Below, piece after piece: positions 49,153 through 58,550 of a DNA stretch of 64,000 nucleotides; within the stretch, counting starts at the first letter, position 1; each line of letters opens with the position of its first letter. The stretch lies in NCBI GenBank assembly GCA_964022095.1, contig CAXHZO010000008.1, positions 1-64,000 on the forward strand. Reading direction: 5' to 3'. The translations under genes were made by a program, and so were the position numbers. The notes under the pieces were generated by a model that saw nothing but the letters and a program-made list of their open reading frames with translations, searched no databases and was not told where the DNA came from. This DNA comes from an uncultured Arcobacteraceae bacterium (GTDB lineage Bacteria; Campylobacterota; Campylobacteria; Campylobacterales; Arcobacteraceae).

Positions 49153-49482
49153 TTGGAAAATTTTATATTAATCATAATATTAGGAATTTTATTACTTTAC
49201 TTTTTCTCTAGTGCAAATGTTTATAAATCTTTATACAAAAAAGTAAATGAAGAAAAAAATATTGTAGAAGAAGAGATGCAAAGAGTTCAGACTCTTATTG
49301 ATAGGTATGAAAAACAAGTAAAAGTTGGTGTTAATACATTAAAAACCAATCAAGATACCTTACAAGTTGCAAGGGATGACTTACAAGAATTAAGAGTAGA
49401 GAATATGAATCTTAAGCAAAGAATTGAAGTATTAGAAAAAAGAAATGAAGAGTTATACGCTCAAGTTAATGCAATAGTATAA
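49153..49482 (+). CDS. Single-TM coiled-coil protein (likely TTG at 49153)
   Basis: N-terminal hydrophobic helix then heptad pattern; AGGA RBS. Confidence 0.75.
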   Translation: MENFILIIILGILLLYFFSSANVYKSLYKKVNEEKNIVEEEMQRVQTLIDRYEKQVKVGVNTLKTNQDTLQVARDDLQELRVENMNLKQRIEVLEKRNEELYAQVNAIV

Positions 49483-49490
49483 GGTGTTAA

Positions 49491-51479
49491 ATGAAGTTGG
49501 TATATAAATTATTATTAATATTTTTTTGTAATATTTTATATGCAAATGATGTTATAGAATCTCAGCCAGAAATTCTATTTAAGTTTGACAAATTAAAGCA
49601 ATCACAAGAAAACTTATCCCTTCAAGTTGACTTCAATAAAGCGGTTTTATTACTTAGTAAAAATCAATATGAAGAATCAATTGAACTGTTTAAAAAAACA
49701 GAAAGCATTATGTATGTTCCTTCTAATCTTAATATGGGAATTGCATACTATAAATTAGACTCAATCGATAATGCAATAATTTACTTATCAAAAATATACG
49801 AAAATGAAAACTTCGCCAAATCAAATAGTTTTTCATATATGTCAGCATGTTTTTATTTATATCAAATAACAAAAGATAATAAATACTTAAATAAAATTGT
49901 AGATATATCAAAAAAGTTCAGAGATCTTTCAGAACACTCAAAAAGAATGCTTGCAGATACATATATAATACTAAAAGATTATGAAAGTGCTTTAAAAATG
50001 TTAAATAGTATGGATTTTGCAATGACATTAAAAAAAGCATTGATTCATATTAAATTAAAAGATTATGAAAAAGCTAGAATGCTACTTCAAAAAGCAAAAA
50101 ATGAAACAGCTAATCCTAAAACTATAAATGATATTTTATGGTTTGAGACATTTATAAATCTAAAATCTAATAAAATAAAATTACTAAAAGATAATATTGA
50201 TGATATTAATAAAAGAAGAACTCTATTTAAAACAAATTTTGATCTTCCTTTGGAAATGTATTTTAATGAAAATAAATATACTTCAAAACAGTATTTAGAT
50301 TTAGTATTAAATTTTAGTGAAAATAGAAAAATAGATTTTATTTATTATTTTGCTCCTTTTATATTCTCTGATACACAAGAGGTTATTTATGACACTGTAA
50401 AAGGTTTAATACATAAAGAAGAGTTGGGTATAGAGAATTTAGAACAAATGGTTCAGTACAATGCAAAGTTTCTAAATGTAGTAAAAGAAGATCCGATTTT
50501 AAGAGTGGTTGAGCTTAGAAAACATTTACAACAAGATTCAAAATCTTATGTATACTATAACTATGCATTAGCAAGTGCTCATATTTTTGATTTTAATACA
50601 GCTTATAAATATTTTCAAAAAGCTTATAAGTTAAATCCAGGAAATAAATTATTTGCTTCAATGGTTCTAATTACAGCAAATAGAATTAATGCAAAAGTTC
50701 CAGATAAAGAGTATATCATAGCTAATTTGAACTCTAAAAATGGATTATACTCATATTTTGGGAAAGAGTTATATAGGCTTTTTATTAATCCCTCAACTGC
50801 TAATACAGAAGCTCCAAAAGATTATGCATTTACTGTATTTTTCAAAGCTTTAAATTTTATGGAAAATATGAATAATGGAAGTGTAAATATCTCACATCCT
50901 TTATTAGATGAACATATAAAAGACCCTTTAACTTACCTAATTAGATTAGTTCAAAGAAGAGCAGGTGAAAATGATTTCAATTATTACTCTAGGCTTCAAG
51001 ATAGCGTTCCTTTAAGTTTAAATAACAACTTTTTAGAAGGTCCATTATTGATAACTCAATACTATATTGATGTTTTAAAGTCAATTGGATTATTTTTAAA
51101 AGCTGATATGAAAATTATTGGTAAGAAAACACCATCATATTTAAGAACACAAGCTTTAACAAATTTGCATTTAAATAAGCCTGATGAGACAATTAAAACT
51201 ATTGAATATCTGCAAAAAGAGTATAAATTAGAAGATAAATATAATATGTATCTAATGGTTGCAGCACTTTTAAAAGCTGGTAGATATAATGATGCTTCAA
51301 TTCAAATTTCACTAATTAAAGCTGTTTTAAAAGATCCAGGAGCAGATTTTTTAACTGCTGTTCAACTAATACAAGAATTAAAATTAGTAAGTGCTAAACA
51401 ATATTTAAAAGAACCATATAATGATTCTTTAATAGATTTTAGACTTATTGGTTTTGATGAGTACTTAGAATCTCTATAA
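49491..51479 (+). CDS. Secreted TPR protein, PflB-like motor accessory candidate
   Basis: Signal peptide-like start, TPR units (NLNMGIAYY; YNYALA..AYKYFQKAYKLNPGN); upstream of motAB. Confidence 0.6.
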   Translation: MKLVYKLLLIFFCNILYANDVIESQPEILFKFDKLKQSQENLSLQVDFNKAVLLLSKNQYEESIELFKKTESIMYVPSNLNMGIAYYKLDSIDNAIIYLSKIYENENFAKSNSFSYMSACFYLYQITKDNKYLNKIVDISKKFRDLSEHSKRMLADTYIILKDYESALKMLNSMDFAMTLKKALIHIKLKDYEKARMLLQKAKNETANPKTINDILWFETFINLKSNKIKLLKDNIDDINKRRTLFKTNFDLPLEMYFNENKYTSKQYLDLVLNFSENRKIDFIYYFAPFIFSDTQEVIYDTVKGLIHKEELGIENLEQMVQYNAKFLNVVKEDPILRVVELRKHLQQDSKSYVYYNYALASAHIFDFNTAYKYFQKAYKLNPGNKLFASMVLITANRINAKVPDKEYIIANLNSKNGLYSYFGKELYRLFINPSTANTEAPKDYAFTVFFKALNFMENMNNGSVNISHPLLDEHIKDPLTYLIRLVQRRAGENDFNYYSRLQDSVPLSLNNNFLEGPLLITQYYIDVLKSIGLFLKADMKIIGKKTPSYLRTQALTNLHLNKPDETIKTIEYLQKEYKLEDKYNMYLMVAALLKAGRYNDASIQISLIKAVLKDPGADFLTAVQLIQELKLVSAKQYLKEPYNDSLIDFRLIGFDEYLESL

Positions 51480-51514
51480 TTTATTCTAATTTCTGAAATA
51501 ATTTAATTTTTTTC

Positions 51515-51523
51515 TGCTATAAT
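51515..51523 (+). promoter_or_regulatory. Extended -10 sigma70 promoter upstream of flaG
   Basis: TGCTATAAT after T-rich tracts. Confidence 0.65.
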
Positions 51524-51556
51524 AGACCATAATTGTTACTTTTTAAGGAGGATATT

Positions 51557-51877
51557 ATGGAACTTGGTAGAATTGCAGAAATTGATAATGCGAAACAAAA
51601 TAATATTGAAAAAGTTCAGAAAGTTAGTAATGTAGATGAAAAAGTTAAAGTTATTCAGGACGATGAATATAAAAAAGCACTGGCCCCTGAAGATAACACA
51701 CCCCAAAATGAAGTAATCTTAGATAATGTAAAGTTTGGTTATAACAAAAACTCTAGAGACTTCTTTGTAAAAGTTACTAGAGGTGAAAGTGAAAATAAAT
51801 ACCCTACTGAAGATATGATGAAAATTAAAGCATTTTTATTAAAAGAGCTTGAATCTATACAAAATAATCAAAGTTAA
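51557..51877 (+). CDS. flaG: FlaG-like flagellar protein (ATG at 51557)
   Basis: VKFGYN..FFVKV...YPTEDMMKI resembles FlaG; AAGGAGG RBS. Confidence 0.65.
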   Translation: MELGRIAEIDNAKQNNIEKVQKVSNVDEKVKVIQDDEYKKALAPEDNTPQNEVILDNVKFGYNKNSRDFFVKVTRGESENKYPTEDMMKIKAFLLKELESIQNNQS

Positions 51878-51887
51878 GGTAGAGTAG

Positions 51888-52772
51888 TTGGCTTCAGATT
51901 TATCAAATATTTTTAAAAGTGAGTTGTCAAATACTTTAGAACAACTTTTATCAAAAAGTTCAGTTGTTGAAAGTGTAAATAAGTTAGATTTAGAAAGTTT
52001 AGATTCAACTCAATTAGTTGATTGTGTTGCTAAATTTGATTTTAAAGACATCTCTTCTACTTGGCATTTTTTCATACCAACTATAAGTGCAACAAAATTT
52101 GAGTACTTAATGCTTGGTGGTATGGGTGACTTAAAAGAACATATTGATGATGAAATTACAGATGCTGTAAATGAAATTATCTCAAATATTTGTGGTAGTT
52201 TTTGTACAAGTGTAAATGCACAAGGTTTTTCAGACGTAAGTTCAATAAAAGCAGAAATACAAAGCTCAAGTATTGTAAATAGTGATGTTTTATCACAAGA
52301 AGAAAATTCATATGAATTTATATTAAGTTTAGAAGAGGATAAACTACCTGTTTTTGTCTCTTTTGATCAAATTATACTACCTTTCTTATCTTCAATTACA
52401 GGTGAAGAGAATGAAGAGGAAGTAGTTTCAAATTCAGTTGAAAATAGTAGCAGTGTTGTATCTTCTAGTCCTTCTGAATCTACTTCTTCTGCCTCATCTA
52501 TTCAAACACCAAAGAATTTAGAACTTTTATATAATGTAAAATTAAAATTAAGTGTTAGATTGGGTACAAAAGTTGTTTTATTAAAAGATATTCTAAATTG
52601 GGATATTGGAGAGATAATTGAACTAGAACAAATGGTAAATGAACCTTTAGAAATTTTAGTTAATGGGATTAAAATTGGTGAAGGTGAAGCTGTAATTGTT
52701 GAAGGTAAATTTGGATTAAAAGTAAAAAAAATCGGTAACAGTGATTTAAAACTAAGTCAAATAGGAATGTAG
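51888..52772 (+). CDS. fliY: C-ring protein, FliY/FliM type (CheC-like plus SpoA domain)
   Basis: MLGG..DAVNEIISNI.GS; C-terminal NLELL.NV.L.L.VRLG..GEAVIVEGKFG. Confidence 0.65.
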   Translation: MASDLSNIFKSELSNTLEQLLSKSSVVESVNKLDLESLDSTQLVDCVAKFDFKDISSTWHFFIPTISATKFEYLMLGGMGDLKEHIDDEITDAVNEIISNICGSFCTSVNAQGFSDVSSIKAEIQSSSIVNSDVLSQEENSYEFILSLEEDKLPVFVSFDQIILPFLSSITGEENEEEVVSNSVENSSSVVSSSPSESTSSASSIQTPKNLELLYNVKLKLSVRLGTKVVLLKDILNWDIGEIIELEQMVNEPLEILVNGIKIGEGEAVIVEGKFGLKVKKIGNSDLKLSQIGM

Positions 52773-52775
52773 TTA

Positions 52776-53531
52776 ATGGATAAGAGTACTTTAGGTGGAT
52801 TAGTCGGTGGTTGGGGGTTAGTAGCCCTAGCTATTATTCTTGGTGGAGTTGGTTTTGGACCATATATTGATGTTCCTTCTGTTGTAATTGTATTTGGTGG
52901 TACAATTGCCGTAACTGCAGGTCAATTTGAAGCATCTGATTTAAAAAGAATTACTCCTTCACTAAAAGTAGCTTTTAATGAAGTAAAAGTTGAACCTCTT
53001 CCTGAACTTGTTGAGAAGATAATATTCTATGCAACTGAGATTAAAAAGCATGGTGTTATGCAAATTGAACAAAAAGTACTACAAGAAACAAATCCTTTTT
53101 TTAAAGAAGCATTCCAGTTATTAGTAGATGGTACAAAACCTGAAGCACTTCAACCTTTATTAGAAGTTAAGCTAGAGCATATGAATAAAAGACATAATAC
53201 AATGATAGGTATTTTTGGTAATATGGGTGGAACAGCAGGTGCTATGGGTATGATTGGTACTTTAGTTGGTCTTGTTGCGATGCTGGCAAACTTATCAGAT
53301 CCAGCAGCAGTTGGGCCAGCAATGGCTGTTGCCTTACTTACAACTATGTATGGTGCTTTACTAGGTACTTTATTTGCAGGAATTGTAGAGAGTAAATTAG
53401 GTCAAAAACACGCAGTTGAAGAAACAGCTTGTGAAGTAATTATTCAAGGTGCAACAATGATTGCAGCAGAAGAGTCAATAGGAAATATTAAAATGCAACT
53501 AAATGCAATTTTAGTTGAAGTTGAAGAGTAG
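52776..53531 (+). CDS. motA: Flagellar stator protein MotA
   Basis: IVFGGT, GMIGTLVGLV.ML, GPAMAVALLTTMYG. Confidence 0.96.
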   Translation: MDKSTLGGLVGGWGLVALAIILGGVGFGPYIDVPSVVIVFGGTIAVTAGQFEASDLKRITPSLKVAFNEVKVEPLPELVEKIIFYATEIKKHGVMQIEQKVLQETNPFFKEAFQLLVDGTKPEALQPLLEVKLEHMNKRHNTMIGIFGNMGGTAGAMGMIGTLVGLVAMLANLSDPAAVGPAMAVALLTTMYGALLGTLFAGIVESKLGQKHAVEETACEVIIQGATMIAAEESIGNIKMQLNAILVEVEE

Positions 53532-53536
53532 AAACT

Positions 53537-54304
53537 ATGGCAAAAAAGTGTCCTGAATGTCCTAAATGTTTACCAGGTTGGTTAGTTCAATTTGGTGATT
53601 TAATGTCATTATTACTAACATTTTTTATTTTATTATTATCTATGGCTGTAATGGATAAGAAAAAAGTTGAAGAGTATTTTGATGTTATGAAAAAAGCAAT
53701 GGGTTTCATTGATGCAAGTACTGATGTTGAAACACAAAGTGATAAAAACTCTACGCAAGATAGTTCTTCTGAATCTGAAGATTCAGATAGTCAAACTGAA
53801 GTTGAACAAAGTGCAGACCAAATGCAAGAAATAGTTGATGAAATCAATAGTACTCAAACGATTGAGAGTCAAGAAGTTTCTATTGAAAAAGGTAAAAATG
53901 AGTTTGTATTAGACATCCCTTCAACTATCATGTTTAATGCAGGTGAATATAACTTATCAAGTCCTCAATCAAAGAGATTTATTGCAAAAATAGCTAGAGT
54001 TATTAGAACAATGCCCCAAACTTTTAATATAGAAATAATAGGACATACTGATACAAACAGAGTCAAAAATACTTCTATTCCAAGAGATGATTGGGATATT
54101 TCAGCTTTAAGATCAATCTCTGTTGTAAAAGAGCTAATAAAAAATAGAATTGATCCCGCGATTTTAAAAGTATCAGCATATGGCTCTCATCATCCCAAAA
54201 GTGATGTTGCAAGTGATAATAGAAGAGTAGAAATGAGATTCTTTGGACAAGAGGATCAAAGAGATATTTTAAATGAAGAGAATTTCTTCGATAGGCTGGA
54301 ATAA
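53537..54304 (+). CDS. motB: Flagellar stator protein MotB
   Basis: WLVQFGDLMSLLLTFFILL, OmpA-like GHTD...NRRVE. Confidence 0.96.
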   Translation: MAKKCPECPKCLPGWLVQFGDLMSLLLTFFILLLSMAVMDKKKVEEYFDVMKKAMGFIDASTDVETQSDKNSTQDSSSESEDSDSQTEVEQSADQMQEIVDEINSTQTIESQEVSIEKGKNEFVLDIPSTIMFNAGEYNLSSPQSKRFIAKIARVIRTMPQTFNIEIIGHTDTNRVKNTSIPRDDWDISALRSISVVKELIKNRIDPAILKVSAYGSHHPKSDVASDNRRVEMRFFGQEDQRDILNEENFFDRLE

Positions 54305-54603
54305 TGGAAATAAATAGCAATAACTTAATCAATAAAGACATTTTAAATACAAAAAAGTTCGATAATATTAATACAGAAAATTTAGATGATGAAAAATTGA
54401 AAAAAGTTTGTGATAGTTTTGAATCATATTTTTTAAATCAAATTATGAATATATCATTAAAAGATACAAAAGTGGCAGGAGAGGGTGCTGGATCTGATAT
54501 TATAAAAAGTATGTATACTCAATCAGTTGCAGATAGTTCTTCAGGAAGCTTAGGAATCAGTAATATGCTTTATGAATTTTTAAGTAAAGAGAATAAAAAA
54601 TAG
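54304..54603 (+). CDS. flgJ: FlgJ-like rod-binding protein (no muramidase domain)
   Basis: LKKVCDSFES.F, GSDIIKSMY, LGISNMLYEFL. Confidence 0.8.
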   Translation: MEINSNNLINKDILNTKKFDNINTENLDDEKLKKVCDSFESYFLNQIMNISLKDTKVAGEGAGSDIIKSMYTQSVADSSSGSLGISNMLYEFLSKENKK

Positions 54604-54612
54604 GAGTTTATC

Positions 54613-54990
54613 ATGATTGAAAAAATAGTTGATAACATGAATAGTTTAGTTAGTGATCTAAAAAAATCAATATCTGAAGATATAGAAGATATTAAGCAGG
54701 CTAAACATGAAGAGCTTCTAAAAAGAAATGATGATAAACATATTCTAATTGATGAGATCTCTCAATTAAAAATTGAACTAAATAAAGAGCTAGTAAATCA
54801 AATGGAACAAGGCGTAGATGTTAATCAATATCGCTCAAAAGTAGATGAGCTTGAAGTACAATTAAAAGAGTTATATACTTTAAATAAAAAATTAGCATCA
54901 ATAGTTTTACCAGTTCAGCAAATGTATAAAGAATTAGTAGAAGAGATAAGTATAGCTAATGGAGGTAATGCATTTGATGTTAAGGCTTAG
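54613..54990 (+). CDS. FlgN-like export chaperone
   Basis: All-helical 125 aa, DIEDIKQAKH..L; follows flgJ. Confidence 0.55.
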   Translation: MIEKIVDNMNSLVSDLKKSISEDIEDIKQAKHEELLKRNDDKHILIDEISQLKIELNKELVNQMEQGVDVNQYRSKVDELEVQLKELYTLNKKLASIVLPVQQMYKELVEEISIANGGNAFDVKA

Positions 54991-55369
54991 TCTTTTATTT
55001 CTACTTTTATGTACTAATATTATGGCTGTTCCTGTTTTAGTATCAAAACAAGCCATAAAATACGAACAAAAAATTAGTTCTAATATGTTTAAAATTGTTA
55101 ATGTATCAGCATTAAATAAAGCATGTATTCCTTTAAAGTTATCTAAAATTCAAAATAATGAATATATTACTACTCACTATATAAATAAAGATACTATTAT
55201 TTGTGAGAAAGATGTAAAAATATATAAAGATAATTCTGTAATATTCAATTTTGGTGGTTTTGAAATAGAAAAGCAGGGTAGAATTATTTATGAGAATGAA
55301 GATTTTATTCGAATAAAAAAAGATGATGGAAGTTTTGAAAAAATATATAAAGATGGAAGATTAAAATGA
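54977..55369 (+). CDS. Short secreted FlgA/SAF-like protein (likely ATG at 54977)
   Basis: Signal peptide then VLVSKQAIKYEQKIS, similar to a SAF-domain start; flagellar context. Confidence 0.5.
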   Translation: MLRLSLLFLLLCTNIMAVPVLVSKQAIKYEQKISSNMFKIVNVSALNKACIPLKLSKIQNNEYITTHYINKDTIICEKDVKIYKDNSVIFNFGGFEIEKQGRIIYENEDFIRIKKDDGSFEKIYKDGRLK

Positions 55370-56529
55370 ATATGCTCTCTTTTTTAGGGGAAACTCCTAC
55401 AATTGCATTAAGACAAGCACAAGAAAAATGTGGTGAAGATGCTATTGTTGTATCAACAAAAAAAATATCAAATGCTATTGATAATGGTAAGGATATGTAT
55501 GAAGTAGTTGTTGCATTAGAGGATGAAAATAAAAATTATAATCATACTAAATCTATTAATATAAGTTCTAAATCTCCTTCAAATAATAACTCAAATCCTC
55601 TTCCCACTCAAACAAATGTATATGATTTTAAAGAAGAGATATTAAAAATGCAAACTGCTTTAGAGCAAGTTCAAAAATCTCTTTGGAATCCTAAAAGTCA
55701 ATTATATGACTTAAATATTCCCCCTGAGTTTATCTCTATGTATAATCTATTTGAACAAAATGAGTTTGACCCAGAAATGACATACACAATTATGAAAAAA
55801 ACGATAAAGCAACTTCCTTTATCATTAAAGTCTAATCCTAAAAAAGTTAATGATTTTTTTAAATTGATTTTAAGAAGAGTAATCCCTATAAAACATGAAT
55901 TACCCTTAAGAAAACACCAAAGAAAAATTATTATGATGGTAGGGCCAACAGGAGTTGGAAAAACTACTACTATTTCAAAATTAGCTGCAAGATATGCTTA
56001 TAAATTAGGGCAAAACTATAAAGTAGGTATTGTTACATTAGACTCATTTAGAGTAGGAGCAATTGAACAATTACAAGCTTATACTAATATTATGAGACTA
56101 CCTTTAGAAATAGTTAAAAAACCTGAAGAGTTATCAGAAGCACTACTAAGATTAAAAGATTGCAATTATATTTTTATTGATACTGCTGGTTCTTCTCAGC
56201 ATGATATGGACAAAATAAGCTTAATAAATGATTATCAAAAGAAAGTGGAAGAGCTTCCTATTGAAAAGATATTAGTAATGCCAGCAAATGTAAAACAAAG
56301 TGACCTTTTAGATATTTACAAAAACTATTCAACTTTAGGTGTAGATTTTTTAACTTTCACTAAACTTGATGAGACTAAGAGTTTTGGTAATCTTATCTCT
56401 TTTGCTCATAAAACTAAAAAATCAATTACATATTTTTCTGTTGGACAAAATGTGCCAGATGATTTAATTGTATCTGACTCTTCTTTTTTAATTGATTGTT
56501 TTATGAATAATAAATGTATTAGGAGATAA
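55366..56529 (+). CDS. flhF: Flagellar biosynthesis GTPase FlhF
   Basis: GPTGVGKTTT.SKLAA, DSFRVGAIEQL, DTAG, TKLDE, GQNVPDD. Confidence 0.97.
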   Translation: MNMLSFLGETPTIALRQAQEKCGEDAIVVSTKKISNAIDNGKDMYEVVVALEDENKNYNHTKSINISSKSPSNNNSNPLPTQTNVYDFKEEILKMQTALEQVQKSLWNPKSQLYDLNIPPEFISMYNLFEQNEFDPEMTYTIMKKTIKQLPLSLKSNPKKVNDFFKLILRRVIPIKHELPLRKHQRKIIMMVGPTGVGKTTTISKLAARYAYKLGQNYKVGIVTLDSFRVGAIEQLQAYTNIMRLPLEIVKKPEELSEALLRLKDCNYIFIDTAGSSQHDMDKISLINDYQKKVEELPIEKILVMPANVKQSDLLDIYKNYSTLGVDFLTFTKLDETKSFGNLISFAHKTKKSITYFSVGQNVPDDLIVSDSSFLIDCFMNNKCIRR

Positions 56530-56531
56530 TA

Positions 56532-57356
56532 TTGTTTGATACAATATCATCACAAGCAAGTAAGTTAATTAAACTTACAAATAAAATACGTTCTAATGAG
56601 ACTCAATCCAAAACGAAACTTATAACAATTACTTCGGGTAAAGGTGGTGTAGGAAAAACTACATTTACTGCTAATATTGCTTTTTTACTAGGGAAAAGAG
56701 GGTTTAAAGTAGCTGTTATTGATGCAGATATAGGACTTGCTAATATGCAAGTTTTATTTGATATTAAACCTCAAGTAACCTTATTTGATTATATAAATGG
56801 ACTTAAAACACTTGATGAAATTATATTAAATACTACATATAAAAATGTCTCTTTAATTGCAGGAAAAAGTGGCTATCAATATGCAAGTAATACAAATAGT
56901 TTTGTTTTTTCTCGGGTTGTAAAAGATGTTATTTCTTTAAATCAATTTGATATTTTGCTTATTGATACTGGTGCTGGATTGAATGATTATGTAAAAGAAT
57001 TCTTATCAATTTCAGATAATATTTTAGCCCTTACAACAACGGATCCTAGTGCTTTAACTGATGTTTATTCTTTAATGAAAATGTTATGTCATGATAAAAA
57101 TAAATTAATGTTATGTTTTAATCACACGAAAAATTATCAAATTGGTCAGACTATTGCTAATTCTTTAGTAAATTTGGCTAAAAAGAATAGACTAAACGAA
57201 GATTTTATGGTAGAATATATAGGTAATGTGTCTACATCTGCAAATATAACTACCACTGGTAGATTGAGAAAATTGTTTTCTAAAGAGTTTTTAGAAGATG
57301 AATCAACAAAACAATTGCAGGTAATAATAGACTTAATTTTAAAAAATATTCATTAA
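56532..57356 (+). CDS. flhG: MinD-like ATPase FlhG
   Basis: SGKGGVGKT, DADIGLAN, DTGAG; follows flhF. Confidence 0.93.
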   Translation: MFDTISSQASKLIKLTNKIRSNETQSKTKLITITSGKGGVGKTTFTANIAFLLGKRGFKVAVIDADIGLANMQVLFDIKPQVTLFDYINGLKTLDEIILNTTYKNVSLIAGKSGYQYASNTNSFVFSRVVKDVISLNQFDILLIDTGAGLNDYVKEFLSISDNILALTTTDPSALTDVYSLMKMLCHDKNKLMLCFNHTKNYQIGQTIANSLVNLAKKNRLNEDFMVEYIGNVSTSANITTTGRLRKLFSKEFLEDESTKQLQVIIDLILKNIH

Positions 57357-57421
57357 GGTTTATTGTAAGTGACTAATCTATTAGTATCAAATACTTATAA
57401 TTGTTCAGGGACTAAATACTC

Positions 57422-57754
57422 ATGGTAGTAGAAAGGTTTTCGCAATCAGTATTAAATAGTGGTATATTTAGAGTATATATTGCTACTGGTTTTTTTGCAA
57501 CAATTATATTTTTTGTTCTAAATTCTGAATTATTTACTACAACAGAAATGTTAATAGGAATTATAGGGGTTACAGTACTTTTAAAAGGACTGAGCAATTT
57601 AATGTTTTCACTTATAATCTCACTATTTAACTTAGAAAATAAAAAAGAAGAGTTTAACTTTAGATATAATGAAGAAAATATTAATACTTTACTTAATGAA
57701 TTAAATGTAAATGATGCCATTGAAGCAGGCGAAAAATTAAAAAAAGCAGTGTAG
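57422..57754 (+). CDS. Hypothetical two-TM protein in the flagellar cluster
   Basis: 110 aa with two hydrophobic helices; upstream of fliE. Confidence 0.72.
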   Translation: MVVERFSQSVLNSGIFRVYIATGFFATIIFFVLNSELFTTTEMLIGIIGVTVLLKGLSNLMFSLIISLFNLENKKEEFNFRYNEENINTLLNELNVNDAIEAGEKLKKAV

Positions 57755-57764
57755 GAGATAAGGT

Positions 57765-58070
57765 TTGAATTTATCTACAATTTCTGAAACATTAAATACT
57801 TTGAAATTAGATGAAGCTAAGGCTTTAGATAATAAAAAAGTTAGTGATGATAAATCTTTTGATAAAATGTTAAAAGATGCAATTGGTGAAGTAAATGAAC
57901 AACAAGTTCAAGGTTACAAAGCTATGGAAGGCATAGCAACAGGTAAAGTTACAAACTTACAAGAAGCTGTACAGCAAATAGAAGAAGCTGAACTCTCTTT
58001 AAAATTAGCATTAGAGACTAAAAACAAAGCTATTAATGCATATAAAGAGATTATGAAGATGCAAATATAG
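57765..58070 (+). CDS. fliE: Hook-basal body protein FliE
   Basis: SF..ML..AI..VN, AELSL.LA.E.KNKAI.AYKEIMKMQI. Confidence 0.95.
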   Translation: MNLSTISETLNTLKLDEAKALDNKKVSDDKSFDKMLKDAIGEVNEQQVQGYKAMEGIATGKVTNLQEAVQQIEEAELSLKLALETKNKAINAYKEIMKMQI

Positions 58071-58082
58071 TAAGGATTTAAT

Positions 58083-58544
58083 ATGGGTTTTTTTGATGGA
58101 TATAATGTTTCAAGTTCTGGGATGAGTGCCCAAAGAACAAGAATCAACGTAGTAAGTGCTAATATTGCAAATGCTAAAACTACTCATACAAATGAAGGCG
58201 GTCCATATAAAAAGCAAGAAGTGGTTTTTGAAGATGTGCTATTAGCACAGGGTAAAAAAACTAATTCAAATGAAGTTGAAATGACAAATGACAAAAACTC
58301 AGGCTTAGCATTAAGAGGAGTTGGAGTTAAATCTATAATTGAATCTGATGCAAAACCTGTTATGAGATATGAACCAACTCATCCAGATGCAAATGAAGAT
58401 GGTTATGTCGCATATCCAGATATTAATCCAGTTGTAGAAATGGTTGATCTAATTGAGGCTATGAGATCATATGAAGCAAATGTTGCTGCATTTAATACTC
58501 ATAAAAATATTGATTCTAAAACATTAGATATATTAAACGCGTAA
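58083..58544 (+). CDS. flgC: Flagellar rod protein FlgC
   Basis: SGMSAQRTR..V.SANIANA, GGPY, HPDA..DGYV.YP..NPV.EM. Confidence 0.97.
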   Translation: MGFFDGYNVSSSGMSAQRTRINVVSANIANAKTTHTNEGGPYKKQEVVFEDVLLAQGKKTNSNEVEMTNDKNSGLALRGVGVKSIIESDAKPVMRYEPTHPDANEDGYVAYPDINPVVEMVDLIEAMRSYEANVAAFNTHKNIDSKTLDILNA

Positions 58545-58550
58545 AATATT

